A stretch of DNA of 63,862 bases from Rhynchobatus australiae (Eukaryota), in the NCBI GenBank assembly GCA_034780895.1, contig JAUZTB010000063.1:26868989-26932850 (forward strand), in the 5' to 3' direction. Position 1 is the stretch's first letter. Each line of letters opens with the position of its first letter. The notes under the pieces are model-generated. The model was given only the letters and a program-made list of their open reading frames with translations, did not search any database and was not told the origin of the DNA. Below are positions 39,936 to 53,379 of this stretch, piece by piece. Made by a program: the position numbers and the translations under genes.

Positions 39936-42053
39936 AATGGAAGATTGTGCAGAATTTAGGGGAAGGTTGACTTTCCACTGCACAAACTTATACATGAAAC
40001 TGATCCTGAGCCAAAGGCAGCCCAGAAGATTAATTTTGTATTTATTTTATAGGCTTCTTTGTGGGTCAGGTTGAGAAGTTCTCCTCTAATTTTCATATGG
40101 AACCCTTGAGCGGTTCTGGTTGCCATCATTAACCAGTAAGATACAGTAAAAAATGAAGAAAGGCAAGAAAACCTACGAAAAAAACTACCAGCAAGAAGCA
40201 GATCTGTGTGAAGGTTGAGATCTACATTGTTCATTCAGGTCCTCATTAACAAAATCCAGAAGTAAGGATGCAGCTTTATAAGTTTCCTGCCAAGGAATCC
40301 AATAATTGAGTGCCAGACTTGGTCAAAGTGGAAAATGTAATTTAAGAGGTGAACTGGTTCAATAGATTTTAGCTGAACTGAGTAATTGCTTAGATTAATA
40401 GGACCCTGTGGCCATTAGCTGCATTCTTAAGGAACTGGTTGCTATTCATGCAAGGTGGATAAATGCAAGCTGATACTGAGTCCGCAATTGACGAACATGG
40501 GTGAGGTGAGGAAGAGAATGTCTAATGTTATGATGTTTAAGGGAATTATACTTACATTTATAGTACATGGCCTGTCTTTCTTGCAATTTTTTAAATAGTC
40601 TTTAAAATAAATTTTAAACTAGAAATACCTTCATAAATCCATTTATATCACAATGATTAGAAGCTAAGCACATTCTTACNNNNNNNNNNNNNNNNNNNNN
40701 NNNNNNNNNNNNNNNNNNNNNNNNNNNNNNNNNNNNNNNNNNNNNNNNNNNNNNNNNNNNNNNNNNNNNNNNNNNNNNNCACAATGTTTAGTAGCTAAGC
40801 ACATTCTTACTCTTGTAATTATAAATTGAGTCAGCCTCCATTTGTTCATACAACTGGGAACAGTCTAGAGATCACCAAGTGTAACACCGAATTGTGCATT
40901 ATCGTTATCCAGGCTTTCTGTCCCCATCATTCTGTCCTGACATTCATTTCAGGTGTTGCTTATATTGTGAGTGAAGACCTTCTTACTGACATCAATATTT
41001 CATGTGCTTGAACCTATAGTGCCTTGCTCTTTTTCATAGTTCAGGGCTGACCTTTCTCATACCCTTTATTATTTTGCATACCTCAGTTTCATCTCTCAGA
41101 CACCTCGTCCAGGCCAGTTTAGTTTCATAATTCCTAACCTCCAAACTCATGATCACCATTGAATAATACAAAAGTGGACATGATACTTTAGATGTGCTCC
41201 ACAACCAGAACACTGTATACATTAACCGTGACTTCCTGTATCCAAAATTAAACTGCTCTGTTTATGTAGATTATGCTCATTGGTTTTGTTGATTGCTGCT
41301 CTCTGGCTCTCTACAGTTGGACATTCCAAATTCACCCTTGGGTATTTCCACACCATTTATGGAGTAAATATTTGCTGATTTCAAAGTGAAACTGTCGTGA
41401 AGTATTCAATTTAAAGGAAAACTTACATGACTCACAGCCGTACACAACAAAGTAATACTCTGGGGGAAAATATGTGATAAATTTTCCAGCTTACTTTGAT
41501 AACATCTGTTATCTGCAATGAATCGGAGGAATGCTTCATCAAATGGAAACAAAATGGCACATTAACCAGGTGATCTCATTACTACTCACCTAGTGCCGAC
41601 AGCGTAACTACAACTTCAATGTGTACATGAAGGTTTGGCAACAAAGAACAATTTTAGTGAACTTTCCAACAGCTATAACAGATGGTAGCTAAAAAGTATA
41701 TATTATAAAACCATAAACCAGGAGTTTTTACAGAACCATTTATTTCAAATAAAAATCTGCGTGACTTTTTACAAGACTTTTTTTTTCATTTTAGAATAAA
41801 CATGATCCAAAGCTTGCAGATTTTATAGGCTTAAGTTACATTTCCTGGATCCATTTATATTTTCTGCATTTACACAAAAGTTTTACATGATACCAAAAAC
41901 AATTATGCACAACTTTCAATATGTAAACAGTCAACATAACTAATGTACATAAANNNNNNNNNNNNNNNNNNNNNNNNNNNNNNNNNNNNNNNNNNNNNNN
42001 NNNNNNNNNNNNNNNNNNNNNNNNNNNNNNNNNNNNNNNNNNNNNNNNNNNNN

Positions 42054-42660
42054 CGAATTTTTTAAAAATTTGGATTCCAGCTCCCCCAACTCCTTCAGCA
42101 AAAACACCTCCTTTGTCCTCTTTATATTGCTGGTTCCCTCATGGAACATGACAACTGGATCTTTCCCTTCAATCTAATCTCCTCCAGCGCTGAGGAGATA
42201 GCCTTAACACTGGCACTGAGTAGGTAATACAGCCTTCAGGACTCTCTTGCAATAGCAGAGAACATTATCTATCCCCCTAATTATTCGGTACCCTATCACT
42301 GCTACATTCCTTTTCGCACCCATGACTTGAGTTCCCTGTTAACATAGTGCTGCAGTCAGATTGTTCATCTTCCTTATGTCCCTGCTCTCATCCACACAAG
42401 CTACAAGAACCTTGTGCATCATGGATATGCAAGAGCTGAGGTTTTTCTAATGGTACCTTCAGGATGCCCAAAACACCTCGCTTGTGGTCATACCCTCCCA
42501 TCCCTCTTGACTAACCAGTTCTGCAGTATTTAATCAAAGGAGTGCAACAGCCTGCTGGAACAAAGTGTTTGGGTTAACTTTCTCTATCCCTGTTGCGTCA
42601 GTGTCCAGATCTCAAACTCTAGCTCATCATCTCTGCATCAAATTTCTTTAAGCGGCAGGG
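42054..42660 (-). mobile_element. CR1 LINE ORF1 fragment (SGNH/GDSL esterase-like domain)
   Basis: Minus strand gives NVAVIGYRIIRGIDNVLC and KDPVVMFHEGTSNIKRTKE, decayed forms of the GDS and VHVGTND blocks. Confidence 0.72.
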
Positions 42661-42957
42661 ACTTACTAATTCACTTTTCCTTGCAATACTTTTTGAATGT
42701 GATGTGCTTTCTAACCCTTCTATGTATCCTCTGTGCATCTGATCAAGAAGTTGTCGCTGGAGTCAGCTTTAAGAAAACCCTTGCATTTGCATCAGGCTTT
42801 ATGATGTGGTCAGGAGCACTTTACTACCGCTGGACTAATTATGATGTGCATTCACTGTAGATGTGCGAGAATTTTTATTTCCATTTATTGGTTTGCCTTT
42901 TCCTGATGGAGCATACGTTTCTCTTTGAGGTGCAGTTTCATTTTTATCACTTGTACT

Positions 42958-43033
42958 GAGCTAACAATATGATATGCTATCCTTATTCCATGCAGAGCTA
43001 ACAATGTGATATGCCATCCTTATTCCATGCAGA
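42958..43033. repeat. 37-bp tandem duplication (2 copies, 2 mismatches)
   Basis: gagctaacaatatgatatgctatccttattccatgca followed by gagctaacaatgtgatatgccatccttattccatgca. Confidence 0.92.
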
Positions 43034-44259
43034 CCTGCTAATCAAAAAGCTGCTTCTTTATGACCTCCCATATAAGAAAATGCAGCGACCATTGACAAGG
43101 GGGGGAAAAAGCAACCATTTGTCATACAGTAGATACCATGAACAGTAATTGCTCTCTGGTGACATTACTTAATGAAGGAATGTTTGTCAGGTCACCTCCC
43201 TATGGGGTTTAACCCGTCACATGAGCAACTGGAACAAACAGACTCAGGTTTGTCGCAGACATAACACTGGAAAGTTAGAATATTCTTTGCTCCTGGTCCA
43301 TGAATAATGTAGACTGATTCAAGTAGGAATTCCACCCACTGAGCCAGGCTAAAATATGTAATGTGATCTTGCTAAATATGCATTTGGTTATATTTTCAGC
43401 AGAGCACCATGTTATGTTTAGAACTCATTTACACAAGTTACAAATTTCCATGCTCTTGTTTTAATCTTCAAGAATCTTTGGAACATCTGTAAATGTATTT
43501 TATCTGTTTTAATTAAGCTGCCAGGGGATGTAATGCCAAGTTAATTCTGAACAGCTGCTAGGGAGGTGGTTTTGACTTGATTAATTCTTATTAATATTGC
43601 AAAGAATTTTACCTTATTGTTATAATTTGGTTTGGGAATTGGATTATAGGGAGAAAGACGTGTTGAGATGGTTGTTGCAAAGTTATATTGTTGTATATGA
43701 GATGACTATTACAATGTGTGAGTACAGCTCATTCATTTTAAGGGTTTAGAATACGAAAGCTCTGAATTAATCCTTTTTTTAATAGTACATGAAATCTTTG
43801 CATATTTTACAAATGTGGTTATGAAATTAATCCAGCTTTGTGGGCTGATAACATAAGGGCATGAGAATTTGGAATAGGCAGTTAAATAGCCACCGACCCA
43901 CAGGTCCCCACCCCCAACAAAATCCCCACACAAGCCTGATCTGCCGACATTATGGCTGATTTAGGATCTAAATTCCAAGAACAACCGATCAACCTCGGCG
44001 TGGAAATGAAGATATTTCCTCTAATTATGAGTGTTTTGTTTACTAATTTTCAATACAGCACCATTGGCTCTTGAGGATAGGCACCTCCAATTTACAAATA
44101 TATTTTTCATTATAATGAATAATGCACTACTCTCTCCCTGTAGGAATATACTGTACCAAAATACCCAAATTATGTTTTACCCAGCCTTTTTGATTAAAGA
44201 AATTTTACCAGACAGAATGTTTTTCAGGAACACACCCCTTTTGTAAATGGAGGAACATC

Positions 44260-44620
44260 TGTACTCAACATCTGTGCTTTCTGGGCTAGAGAACTCCAAA
44301 TTTTCACAGAGGCCAGTGTGATCTTCATCTGAAGTGGCCAGTTGAGTTGCAGATTCTCAACCCAGGAGAAACGATGTCTGCTAGATACCCTTTCAAGCCC
44401 TCTCAAACTCTTATATTTTAATGAGATCTCCTTCTATTTTTCTAAACTCCAGAGGATATAGAAAACTGCTGATGATGAAAATATGAAAGAAAATCAGAAA
44501 ACACTGAAAGGTTATTGACCAAATGTTAACTCTGCATCTGACTCCACTGAAGTTGCCTGATCTGCTGAGTGCTTCCAGCATTTTCTACTTTTAGATTTCC
44601 AGCATCAGCAGTTTTCAAGA
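44260..44620. mobile_element. CR1 3' fragment followed by a pLTR-derived element
   Basis: MRGLERVS...VKIWSSLAQKA on the minus strand, then gttgcctgatctgctgagtgcttccagcattttct. Confidence 0.65.
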
Positions 44621-46579
44621 TCTTCCTTATTCTTGAACTCTCACCGCACTTGCAATCGAGGGCAATTTATCATATACTTTCTTAATCTCTTTTTTTAATG
44701 TCATTATACATGGCATTAATGTCATCAAAAGCCTGCGCAAGGATATGTAATAGTTTTATTTTCCATTTAGTGTGTCCTGCAGCTTGCATTGGTTGATTTG
44801 TATCAACTGGTTGATTTGTTAGTGGCTGTGTTGGGTAGCCCACTTCCAAAAATTGGATATATTATTCTTCCTATCCTTTAAGTCATCATTGTGGAATATA
44901 TATGAATGAGGACCCAGTACTGATCCTTGATATGAACTAATAACAACCTCCTGAAACCTGAAAATAACCCATTTATTTCTATCCTATTTCTGATCTGCTG
45001 TATATTTGGGTCAGAAACAATCCAAATCAAATAAGTGAGATGGTAATACAGAAACTGCCCACATCATTGAATTTAAAAGTATTCTCAGGAAGAATAGATA
45101 GCAGAGATGTTGTGTATTTAAACTGCAGTTATGAGAAAATTTGTACAACATCACCAATTTTCACAGGAATAGCGACAAATAATCAATACTTTCCTCAATG
45201 GCATGGCTCCTGCTGAAATCATGCATTTGTCAATGTGAAGTTCAGAATTTCCAGCAGCCGTAATTATTTTAATACCAATGAATTGCATGAAGGTGGCTTT
45301 GTGCATTATTCTTCTGCAAATTGTACGTAAAAAAATACTTTGACTGGGAGTGCAATCATACCCCTCTGGAAACAGATTCAGGTACTTCTGTGCATAGATC
45401 ATCCTTGAGAAGCTGATGTTTTCCCCCGCTTTAGCCAGGCACGAAATGATCTCACAGATTGTGCATTACACATATTGTCACTGCTAAATGAAACCTGAGC
45501 TCATGGGAGCAATGCATTCTGCATGGATTGACAATCAAAGGGTTTGCGATGTGACATTGATTTCTTGCATAACATGTCTTTCAGACTTAGTTTTCAATGG
45601 TCAACATTAAGGAAAATGATTCAGTGATGATCCCTAGACTTTTTGGAAAAGTCTTCAAGATTCCTAATTGTAATGTGGGGATCACTAACTTAAATATTGA
45701 GTGAGGACATAATGGAATCTGATGTTTTCTCTTCCCACAGCTTAAAACAAACTAACCCACACTATTAAGATCCTCACATGAGGACTAACCATAAGAACTG
45801 TACAGAATTAATCTGCTGGCTTCCATGAAACCATCTTTAATATCAGTCATTGCCTTCAGAACAATAAGGGTAGAATACGGACAAAACATTCATCATTCCT
45901 TATTTCTTAGTACAACATCATCCAGTGTTTTTTTTTTCAGGCATAGATATCTCTTCAGTAATAATTTGGTGAACTTTATTCCAATTATTGTGTGACTTGA
46001 TAGCTCATAAAAAATAAACTTTTGCTTTAGATTAATTCATCCAATTAGTGCAGAATATGGTGAAGTATTTGATCATTTTTTTTCTCACTAAACTATGGCA
46101 CAACAGTTTAGGTTTTAGAATGCTAGGTATTTTTGGGTCAGGAGCAGTTACACAAAATGCATTATTTTCATTGTTATTTTGTGACCAAAGTCCAGTAATT
46201 CAACAAAGATCAGGGACTGAAACTATTCCCTGATCTTTCACTCATGAGGGAAGACGTCATACATTACATTTCCCCCCCAAAAGCCTTCTCATAAACCTTG
46301 CAGAGCAATGAAAAGATAGTGCAATATCAACATTTTTATGTTGATATAAAGCAACAGGTATAAAGGGTTTAGTTACAAAGCAATAACTCAGTTCAGATAA
46401 TATCATAAATTATAATAGAAAATCTTGAAGATTTTATGCTAGCAGCTGTCTTTTGCCAATACTTTTCCATGCTAGCAATTTTCACTTCTTCTCATTCAAC
46501 CTGGGTGTTATCAATGGCTTATCACAGCAAAAGCTATCCTTCGAGAAATCGTCAAGTAAGCATGTGCAGATTATAAGCA

Positions 46580-48866
46580 GAAAACAGTACACATGTACAA
46601 TTTTATTAATCATCTAACAGACGTGGGTATATGAGCTGACAATGTTCAATCCTGTGATTCAATGCACTTTCTACTTAATTGGGATACAATTCACCATCTT
46701 ATACTTAATACAAAATAGATAATTTTTGAGTCTTGTATTAAGAAAATAAATTGCATTAGTTGAAAACTACCAGTTGATGTTTTTTTTTTACAAAGTCGTT
46801 CACATTATTTTAAATTTAAATTAGTTGCTAGTGTGTATCCTAAAAGGAATCCAAACTAGCAAATGCACTTCTTATACAGAAGCTGAAAAATTAGCCCTCA
46901 GTAAACATTCCCACATTAATAGTAAACTAAAGGGAGCTTGGCAAATGTTTGTACCAGGAAACTATATATCACAAACCCACTACTACTTATATTTCAATGT
47001 TTGCAGCATTAATAATGTTCAATTAAAAGTTTCAATGAATTAAACCTTAAACAAGCCTAGATAAAGTGAAAAATATTCTGCATGGTCAGGCATTTTTATG
47101 CAGTCAGTGTAAATTCTATGAGCACATGTAAAAGTAAAATGGGTCATAAAGTCTTAAGTATTGATAACTAGCAGCTCTGCAGTTTTTTGAAGGCTATATC
47201 CACTGGAGGCTTGTTGGTCACATCATATTAAAGTTACATTCCAATGACCTTGATTATAAGTGTATGATGTTGAATTCTGTGAGTGTGTGCAATGGCACGG
47301 AGCATTTGCTGCATCAGATCGCTGAAATGACAGGAAGAATTTGCTACATGCCAGAAAGGAATGGGGATTTTCTGCTACAGCATGATTTGTATGGACATCT
47401 GCCATGAAACATTTCAAACAGCAGTGCAGATAAACCCCATCCTGAACTAAAGCAAAAAACAAATTAGAAAGGAATCAGATAGAAATCCTCAGAGCCAATG
47501 TACAATATCTTTGAACCATATCACTGAGATCCAGAATGTGGGTTCATGTCTGTGCCTTCCATCAGCAAGTTTCCAAACTGTTCTATCTCTTGACACTGAA
47601 CAAAGGCAGGCTTCTTTGCACATATAAAAAAGGAATATCAGATGGTATTAATGGACACCACTTCTATGCATGGCCCAATGAGCATGCCTTGAAGATTGAT
47701 TCGGCAATTTTAAAAAGGGTCAGGACATAATATTAATAATATAGCTGCTATCTAAAGAGATGGTCTTTTCCCTTCACAGAAGAGCATATTGCAATCAGAT
47801 AAACTTGGTCTGTTTTATTTATCAAGTCTGGGAAAAATTAAGTCAAAGAAGGTCTTAGTCAAGGGCGAGCCTCTTTGGAAGGAGCTATCAGGCAGGAAGT
47901 ATGAAGATATTGAGTTATAAAAGATGTGGAAGTGACATTCAATTTCTGCTCATTGGAAGAATTATTCAAAACACTCATTATTCACATAGCTATGTGGCAA
48001 CATTGGAGTAAAGCCTGCAAAAGGAGTGGGAGTGAAACTTTCAAACCCAAAAAATAATCTGAACAGGTTAACTGCAACATACAACGTAAGTATCATAATT
48101 AAAAGAAAAAGAATTTGCTTCCATAATTATATTTTAGTATGAATGGAAACACTGGATGAGACTACTTCTGCAGTGGTTTGTGATATAATAAAGAAATGAC
48201 TATATCTCATATCATGTAAATATTTAACCAATTATAATGTACACAAGGTTCTGAACAATTACTTAATGTCTATACTGTCCAGACTTGAGATTCAGGGTGT
48301 AATTTAATCACTTACTTCAGTTATTTTCCAATTCTAATAAAAAGACTTTGATCTGATACATTAATTCTGATTTTCTCTCCACAATTTCTGCCTAACTTTT
48401 TGTATCTTTCTGCTTTACTTTAGCCTACTAATTCCTTTTGAAAAGAATATTACTTAAAACAATACTCATCACCTGAAATGGACACTGAAAAGTATACAAT
48501 CTTGGCATTCAGATTTTGCACTTTTTACTTCAGATTTTATCTTACATTGTTTTTTTTTTAATTTAAAAAAAACATTCAATTTTATCCTACTCCAATTTAG
48601 TCTAACATTTAAAATGTCTGTAAACAAATGCCAAAAGTGCTTACTGTGCAGGGATTACTATGATAGTAACAGCACTTTTGTGCAAAACTCTCACCAAAAT
48701 GTAAAATAACTAAACAGCAAGTTAAAAAATATATAGATTATAAACCATCTATTCCAATTAGGTACAAAATCCATTGCGAATATCATCAAACAGATAGAGG
48801 TTCTTGTCCAATTGCTCATTTCAACAATATTGTACACGTAAATTATTCCTTATTGAAAGCACGTGG
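46580..48866 (-). other. GRAMD4: Probable GRAMD4 3' UTR (distal end uncertain)
   Basis: AT-rich, nearly repeat-free sequence after the stop codon. Minus-strand AATAAA occurs at 47814-47819, 46602-46607 and 45975-45980. Confidence 0.5.
46602..46607 (-). terminator. Candidate polyadenylation signal AATAAA
   Basis: TTTATT on the plus strand; followed on the minus strand by GU/U-rich ttgtacatgtgtactgttttctgc. Confidence 0.4.
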
Positions 48867-48968
48867 TTAGGTTTCATTACTGGATACGCTGGATGCTATT
48901 TTGGTATATTGACAGTTTATTGCTTCAAAGGCTTCATCCCTGTGTAACATAGCACCAAATACCAGTGG
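48867..48968 (-). CDS. GRAMD4: GRAMD4 terminal coding exon to TAA stop
   Basis: Acceptor gcttttctttag. Encodes PLVFGAMLHRDEAFEAINCQYTKIASSVSSNET* (cf. recalled human PLVFGAMVHRDEAFETILSQYIKI). Confidence 0.96.
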   Translation of the reverse strand, partial: PLVFGAMLHRDEAFEAINCQYTKIASSVSSNET

Positions 48969-49084
48969 CTAAAGAAAAGCAAACAGAAAAAATGGTTTCA
49001 AAGAAAAATCCATCACAAGTTAAATGGAAGCATAACAAGCACAACAAACAAAAAGTTAATTTCTTTCACTGTAACACAATTATA

Positions 49085-49760
49085 CAGAATCACAGAAAAT
49101 TAATGATACAGCAGGCTACTCAATCCATCACTGTGCCCATGCAGATTGAAGGAGCTACCCAACCTAATCCCATTTTCCATCACTGATTCTGTAAACCCTG
49201 CAGATCTCTGCTCCTCAGGTGCACAACCAAGTGACGTTTAAATGTGAAGAGGGCTTCTGCCTTAAACACCCTTTCAGGCAGTGAGCTGCAGAACCCTACC
49301 ACCCTTTGGGTGAAAATTTTCCCCTCTAATGCTGCTACTTTAAATCTATGGCCAGTCATTTTTGACTTTCAGCTGTGGGAAATGGGCCCTTCCTTGTTAC
49401 CCAGTCAAGGTCCCTCATAATTTTATACACCTCAAGTAAGTCTCTCCGCAGCTTCCTCTGTTCCAGAGAAAGCAACTGCAGCCTATTTGATCTTTCCTCA
49501 AAACCAAAGCTTCCCAATACTGGCAACATCCTCATAAATCCCTGCTACACCCTCTCCAGTGTAATCACATATTTTCTGCAATGCAGTGACCAGAAATATA
49601 CACTGTGCTTCAGCTGCAGTCTGGCAAGTGTTGTATAAACATGCCCTCTCTGCTAATAAAGGGAAACATCCAGAATGACATTCTGACTGTCTTATCAGCC
49701 TATCCTTTTCAGGATCTGTGAACATACATTCTAAACTCTCTCTGTTCTTCCACTCCTCTC
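49085..49760 (-). mobile_element. Decayed CR1 3' portion in the last GRAMD4 intron
   Basis: cagaatcacagaa tail and antisense CR1 ORF2-end motifs (ataattttatacacctc, caccctctccagt, cagtgaccagaa). Confidence 0.78.
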
Positions 49761-49994
49761 AGGAGTAGAGCAATGCATAACATTATTTAGCTACGTTGTT
49801 AAGATCTGTTGTAGCCGTGCAAGACTAATAACATAAAACTGAGGGATGGTGCTGTCAGTAAATTACTGGTTGACAGCATCGATAAAGGATATAAGGTGTA
49901 TTACTGGAACAGAAGAACACCTTCAAATGTTTATATATTATTCAAAAACAGAATATGTGAAATAACAAAACGTCAAAAAAAGGATATTACGTAC

Positions 49995-50063
49995 CTTTTG
50001 CGTATATGGAGTAGTTATTGAAATGCCCATTCCTGATCCAGGTAAAACTGACAGAACTTTGTA
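49995..50063 (-). CDS. GRAMD4: GRAMD4 penultimate coding exon (69 nt)
   Basis: Acceptor actcccacag, donor AAG/gtacgt. Encodes YKVLSVLPGSGMGISITTPYTQK. Phase 0 to 0. Confidence 0.96.
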
Positions 50064-51274
50064 CTGTGGGAGTAAAAAGGACAATGGGAGAGGTAAAAAA
50101 AAGGAAACAATCCATACTTAGTGATGAGATTGCACTTAAAGCTATTCTCAGATAAATAAAAATGAACTGGATCTTGTTTGGAAATGCTTTGAGTCCCATG
50201 CTACTACCAGTGGAGCTTGACTTTCCCTACATTTCCCAGCTGAGGAATCTGCTCTCAGATTCTACGCTGGATTTGTAAACTACTGATTTCAACAAGGAAG
50301 GCAAGGCTGAAGGAAAGACAAACAAGGACACACTACCGTTCCTTTCAAATATTACCTGTGCATTGCTTAACACCTTTAATTATTTAAAAGTGCTATTTGG
50401 TGGATCTTTTAAAACAAAATTGAAAATACGTTTCTCACTCTTTGAGCCAGATCTTACTGGTGTGCGACTGACACCCACAGATATCTCACATCCAAAAGGA
50501 TCAATCTTGATGGCCCAAAACATTCAAGAATCCAGTGCTGAGTGGGGATAGGAAGACCTGAGGCACAATGCAGAGGCCCCATCCATGAATTGATCCTGAA
50601 GGCTCTGGGAAATTTTTCACTTCAAAACTACAAGTTAAGTAGATGACATACTTAAAATAATCATGGATCTTATAGATTGTATAGAAATGCAGTATAATAA
50701 TAGGAAAAGAGCGCACTGTTTTGTCACCTGGGGATCTTGTGTAATTTTCTAACTTTGGAATCACATACAACCCCTCATATCTGATTATATTCTTCATTAT
50801 GCAGCATTGTTCAATGCAGAAGATCACATAATGAAAATACATCATGGCTTTGGCTAAAGTCATCAATAAGTAGTTTTATGTGGTAGATTCAAATCTACTG
50901 TAAATTGAACTCCACAACTCTTATTGAACTCAGATCACTTACAGAAATGCTGATATATGTAAACATGTAATTAATCAAAATTTTTTTAGGAAGTTTACCT
51001 ATATTATTGTTCTTCATTACAGAAACCCGGTATATTAAACATTGTTAAGAAGGGCTTTCATATTTGTACTCAAGAAAGATAAGGAATTTTAAGCATTAAC
51101 AGAAAAGCTGCAATGTAATACTGTATATCTAGTTACATTACATGCAAGTCTGGACAAGTTATACATACAAAATTCAAATAGAAATACACAGACTCGTATT
51201 TAATAGAAAAAGCTAAATCAAACAAATGAATCAGCCAAAATTCAAAATAGAAAAAGCTCATATGTCAGACATAC

Positions 51275-51359
51275 CTTTTGAATTTCTGTAATTTCTTTTA
51301 ATTTTATTATCTTATTTTTCTTGGATGACCCAGATTTGGAGCTTTCAAAACATAAATAA
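51275..51359 (-). CDS. GRAMD4: GRAMD4 coding exon (85 nt), GRAM domain
   Basis: Acceptor tttctatccag, donor AAG/gtatgt. Encodes (N)YLCFESSKSGSSKKNKIIKLKEITEIQK. Phase 2 to 0. Confidence 0.96.
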
Positions 51360-51634
51360 CTGGATAGAAAGAAACAAAGTGTAAAATGTTTGATAGGGAA
51401 TCCTAAATGATTATGATAAATAACTCCAGAACCTTCATTGTTGATTTTGCATAACCATGGTTTTCACACCTGGTTTATTTTGTATTTAACAAAAAAAATC
51501 AAATGCATATCCGACGACAAGTAAAACACAGGTTCAAAGGAAGGAATTGTTGATGTAATCACAAAGGTGACCCTTTCAAGTTAGTAGATCTGATTTTCCA
51601 TTGATCTGGTGGATTTTCTATCAGAATAACAATT

Positions 51635-51965
51635 CAGAATCAGAGAAAGATTACAAGACGTTAGACCATACTGGCTCCATGTACGTTCAATCCAGCAAGT
51701 CCCACTCCCCTGCCCTATCCCCAAAGCCCTGCAAATTATTTCCCTTCAGATATCTTTCCAGTTCATTTCTGAACAGTACAATTGAACCTGATTCTACTAC
51801 TATTCCGGGCAGTACATTCCTGTCCTGACCTTTCTGTTAATGGTATCAATTGTTCTCCATCTATTCTATTCACATTTCTTATGACTTGAAATACCTCTAG
51901 TGGATCCCCTTGCAGTCTCATCTGTTCCAAGGAGAACAACACAATTGTTCTTGTCTTTCAAAGCA
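51635..51965 (-). mobile_element. Decayed CR1 3' fragment, intronic
   Basis: tcagaatcagag tail, ccccaaagccctgcaaattatttcccttc, aatacctcta. Confidence 0.62.
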
Positions 51966-52970
51966 GCTNNNNNNNNNNNNNNNNNNNNNNNNNNNNNNNN
52001 NNNNNNNNNNNNNNNNNNNNNNNNNNNNNNNNNNNNNNNNNNNNNNNNNNNNNNNNNNNNNNNNNNNNNNNNNNNNNNNNNNGGCTGAACTAATGTTTTA
52101 TAATCTTAGAGTCAAGCTTAATAATTTTACCAATTGCCAGTAATTTCACTTTTTATTTGACAAATTCACACTCACTTATCAAAAGCTCCTTCCATGTCAG
52201 TTGAAACCAAATATTTGGATATGTCATACTATAATGTGACTTTGTTGCTAACTTTGAATTTTAAAATAAGTATACCATAATAAAATCATTGGCCGTTTTC
52301 TCATAATAAGCAAATCATCAGTTTTTTTTCTTTTCACAAGATCAAGCACTCATTCACTAAAATTTATCTGAGTTTGGGTAAATTTAAGCATGCAACAGTA
52401 ACATGAGTATTCAAATACATTTGAAATTCTTCACTCCTGATTTAGAATGCTAATCCAGCCATTTCTAGCACAGCTACACCAACTAATGCCAGTGCAATGG
52501 GTCTTGGCTTTAGTTTGTGAGGCTCACTTAAAAGTCAAGCCACGTCTTTTTTTTCTAGCTGATGCTCTTATGTGCATCAGGCAGCACAGTAATATAGCAA
52601 TGAATTTAACATCAGAGCTCCAGTCCTGAGAGGGAAATCTCCTGTATGCCACAGTGATTCCAATAATGAAATTGTAGACAGTGAGGCAGGAGAAAGGTGG
52701 GAACATCATGTGTTTCTCAGATCACAACCAGCTGACCTTTGCAGAGGGGGGGGGGGGGAGGAGGAGGGAATTACTTTTTGCAAAGAGGCCATTGGGGGCC
52801 AAAATGTAGGAAAGGCAGGAGAAGACAGCCACTGAGCTATCCCCTAAAAATGACCCCGCCAAAGCAGCCAGAAGTAATTCCATGAACTTTCAAGATACAG
52901 CTAACTTGGAACTACACCTTACTTGTGCTGGATTCAACTGCAACTAAACAACCCCAGTCAATACCTTGTG

Positions 52971-53075
52971 CATGCAAGCACATACATACACACACACACA
53001 CAATCAACTAAGATAAGCATTGCTCGAGCTAACCTTCCACAAGCAACATGCATGCAGACAATACACATGCATGCA
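52971..53075 (-). promoter_or_regulatory. Cluster of five RBFOX-type TGCATG intronic splicing motifs
   Basis: CATGCA on the plus strand at 52971, 53047, 53051, 53066 and 53070 (TGCATG in GRAMD4 sense), with a UG repeat between them. Function is inferred. Confidence 0.5.
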
Positions 53076-53379
53076 GTGCATACAGGCAGAGTTAGACTGT
53101 CCTATTGAAACCAATGCAGTAGACAAAAAAATGCTATCATAGGATATTTAATATTTAAATATCTTTCCCCCCTCATCTTCCAGGTTGAAGCGGCATGGAA
53201 CAGGTGCCTGGAACATTCTGGTGCTCAGAGCATAACCAAGCTGAAGGAGTGTATGTTCTTTCTGATGAGCATTGAGGAACTGAGAACCCGGTCAATGGTT
53301 CCATGGAAGATGACTTGAATCATTCTGGTGTGCAACTATCTTTGGATTCATCACCATCCATCCATCATTCATCGCACTT

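Noticed and set aside
40649-40810. 31-bp direct repeat flanking a gap
   Set aside because: Most likely a collapsed minisatellite or contig overlap; cannot be interpreted without the gap sequence.
41583-41671. Consensus minus-strand donor AG/GTGAGT with an upstream AG
   Set aside because: All three frames are closed and there is no partner exon; such sites occur by chance.
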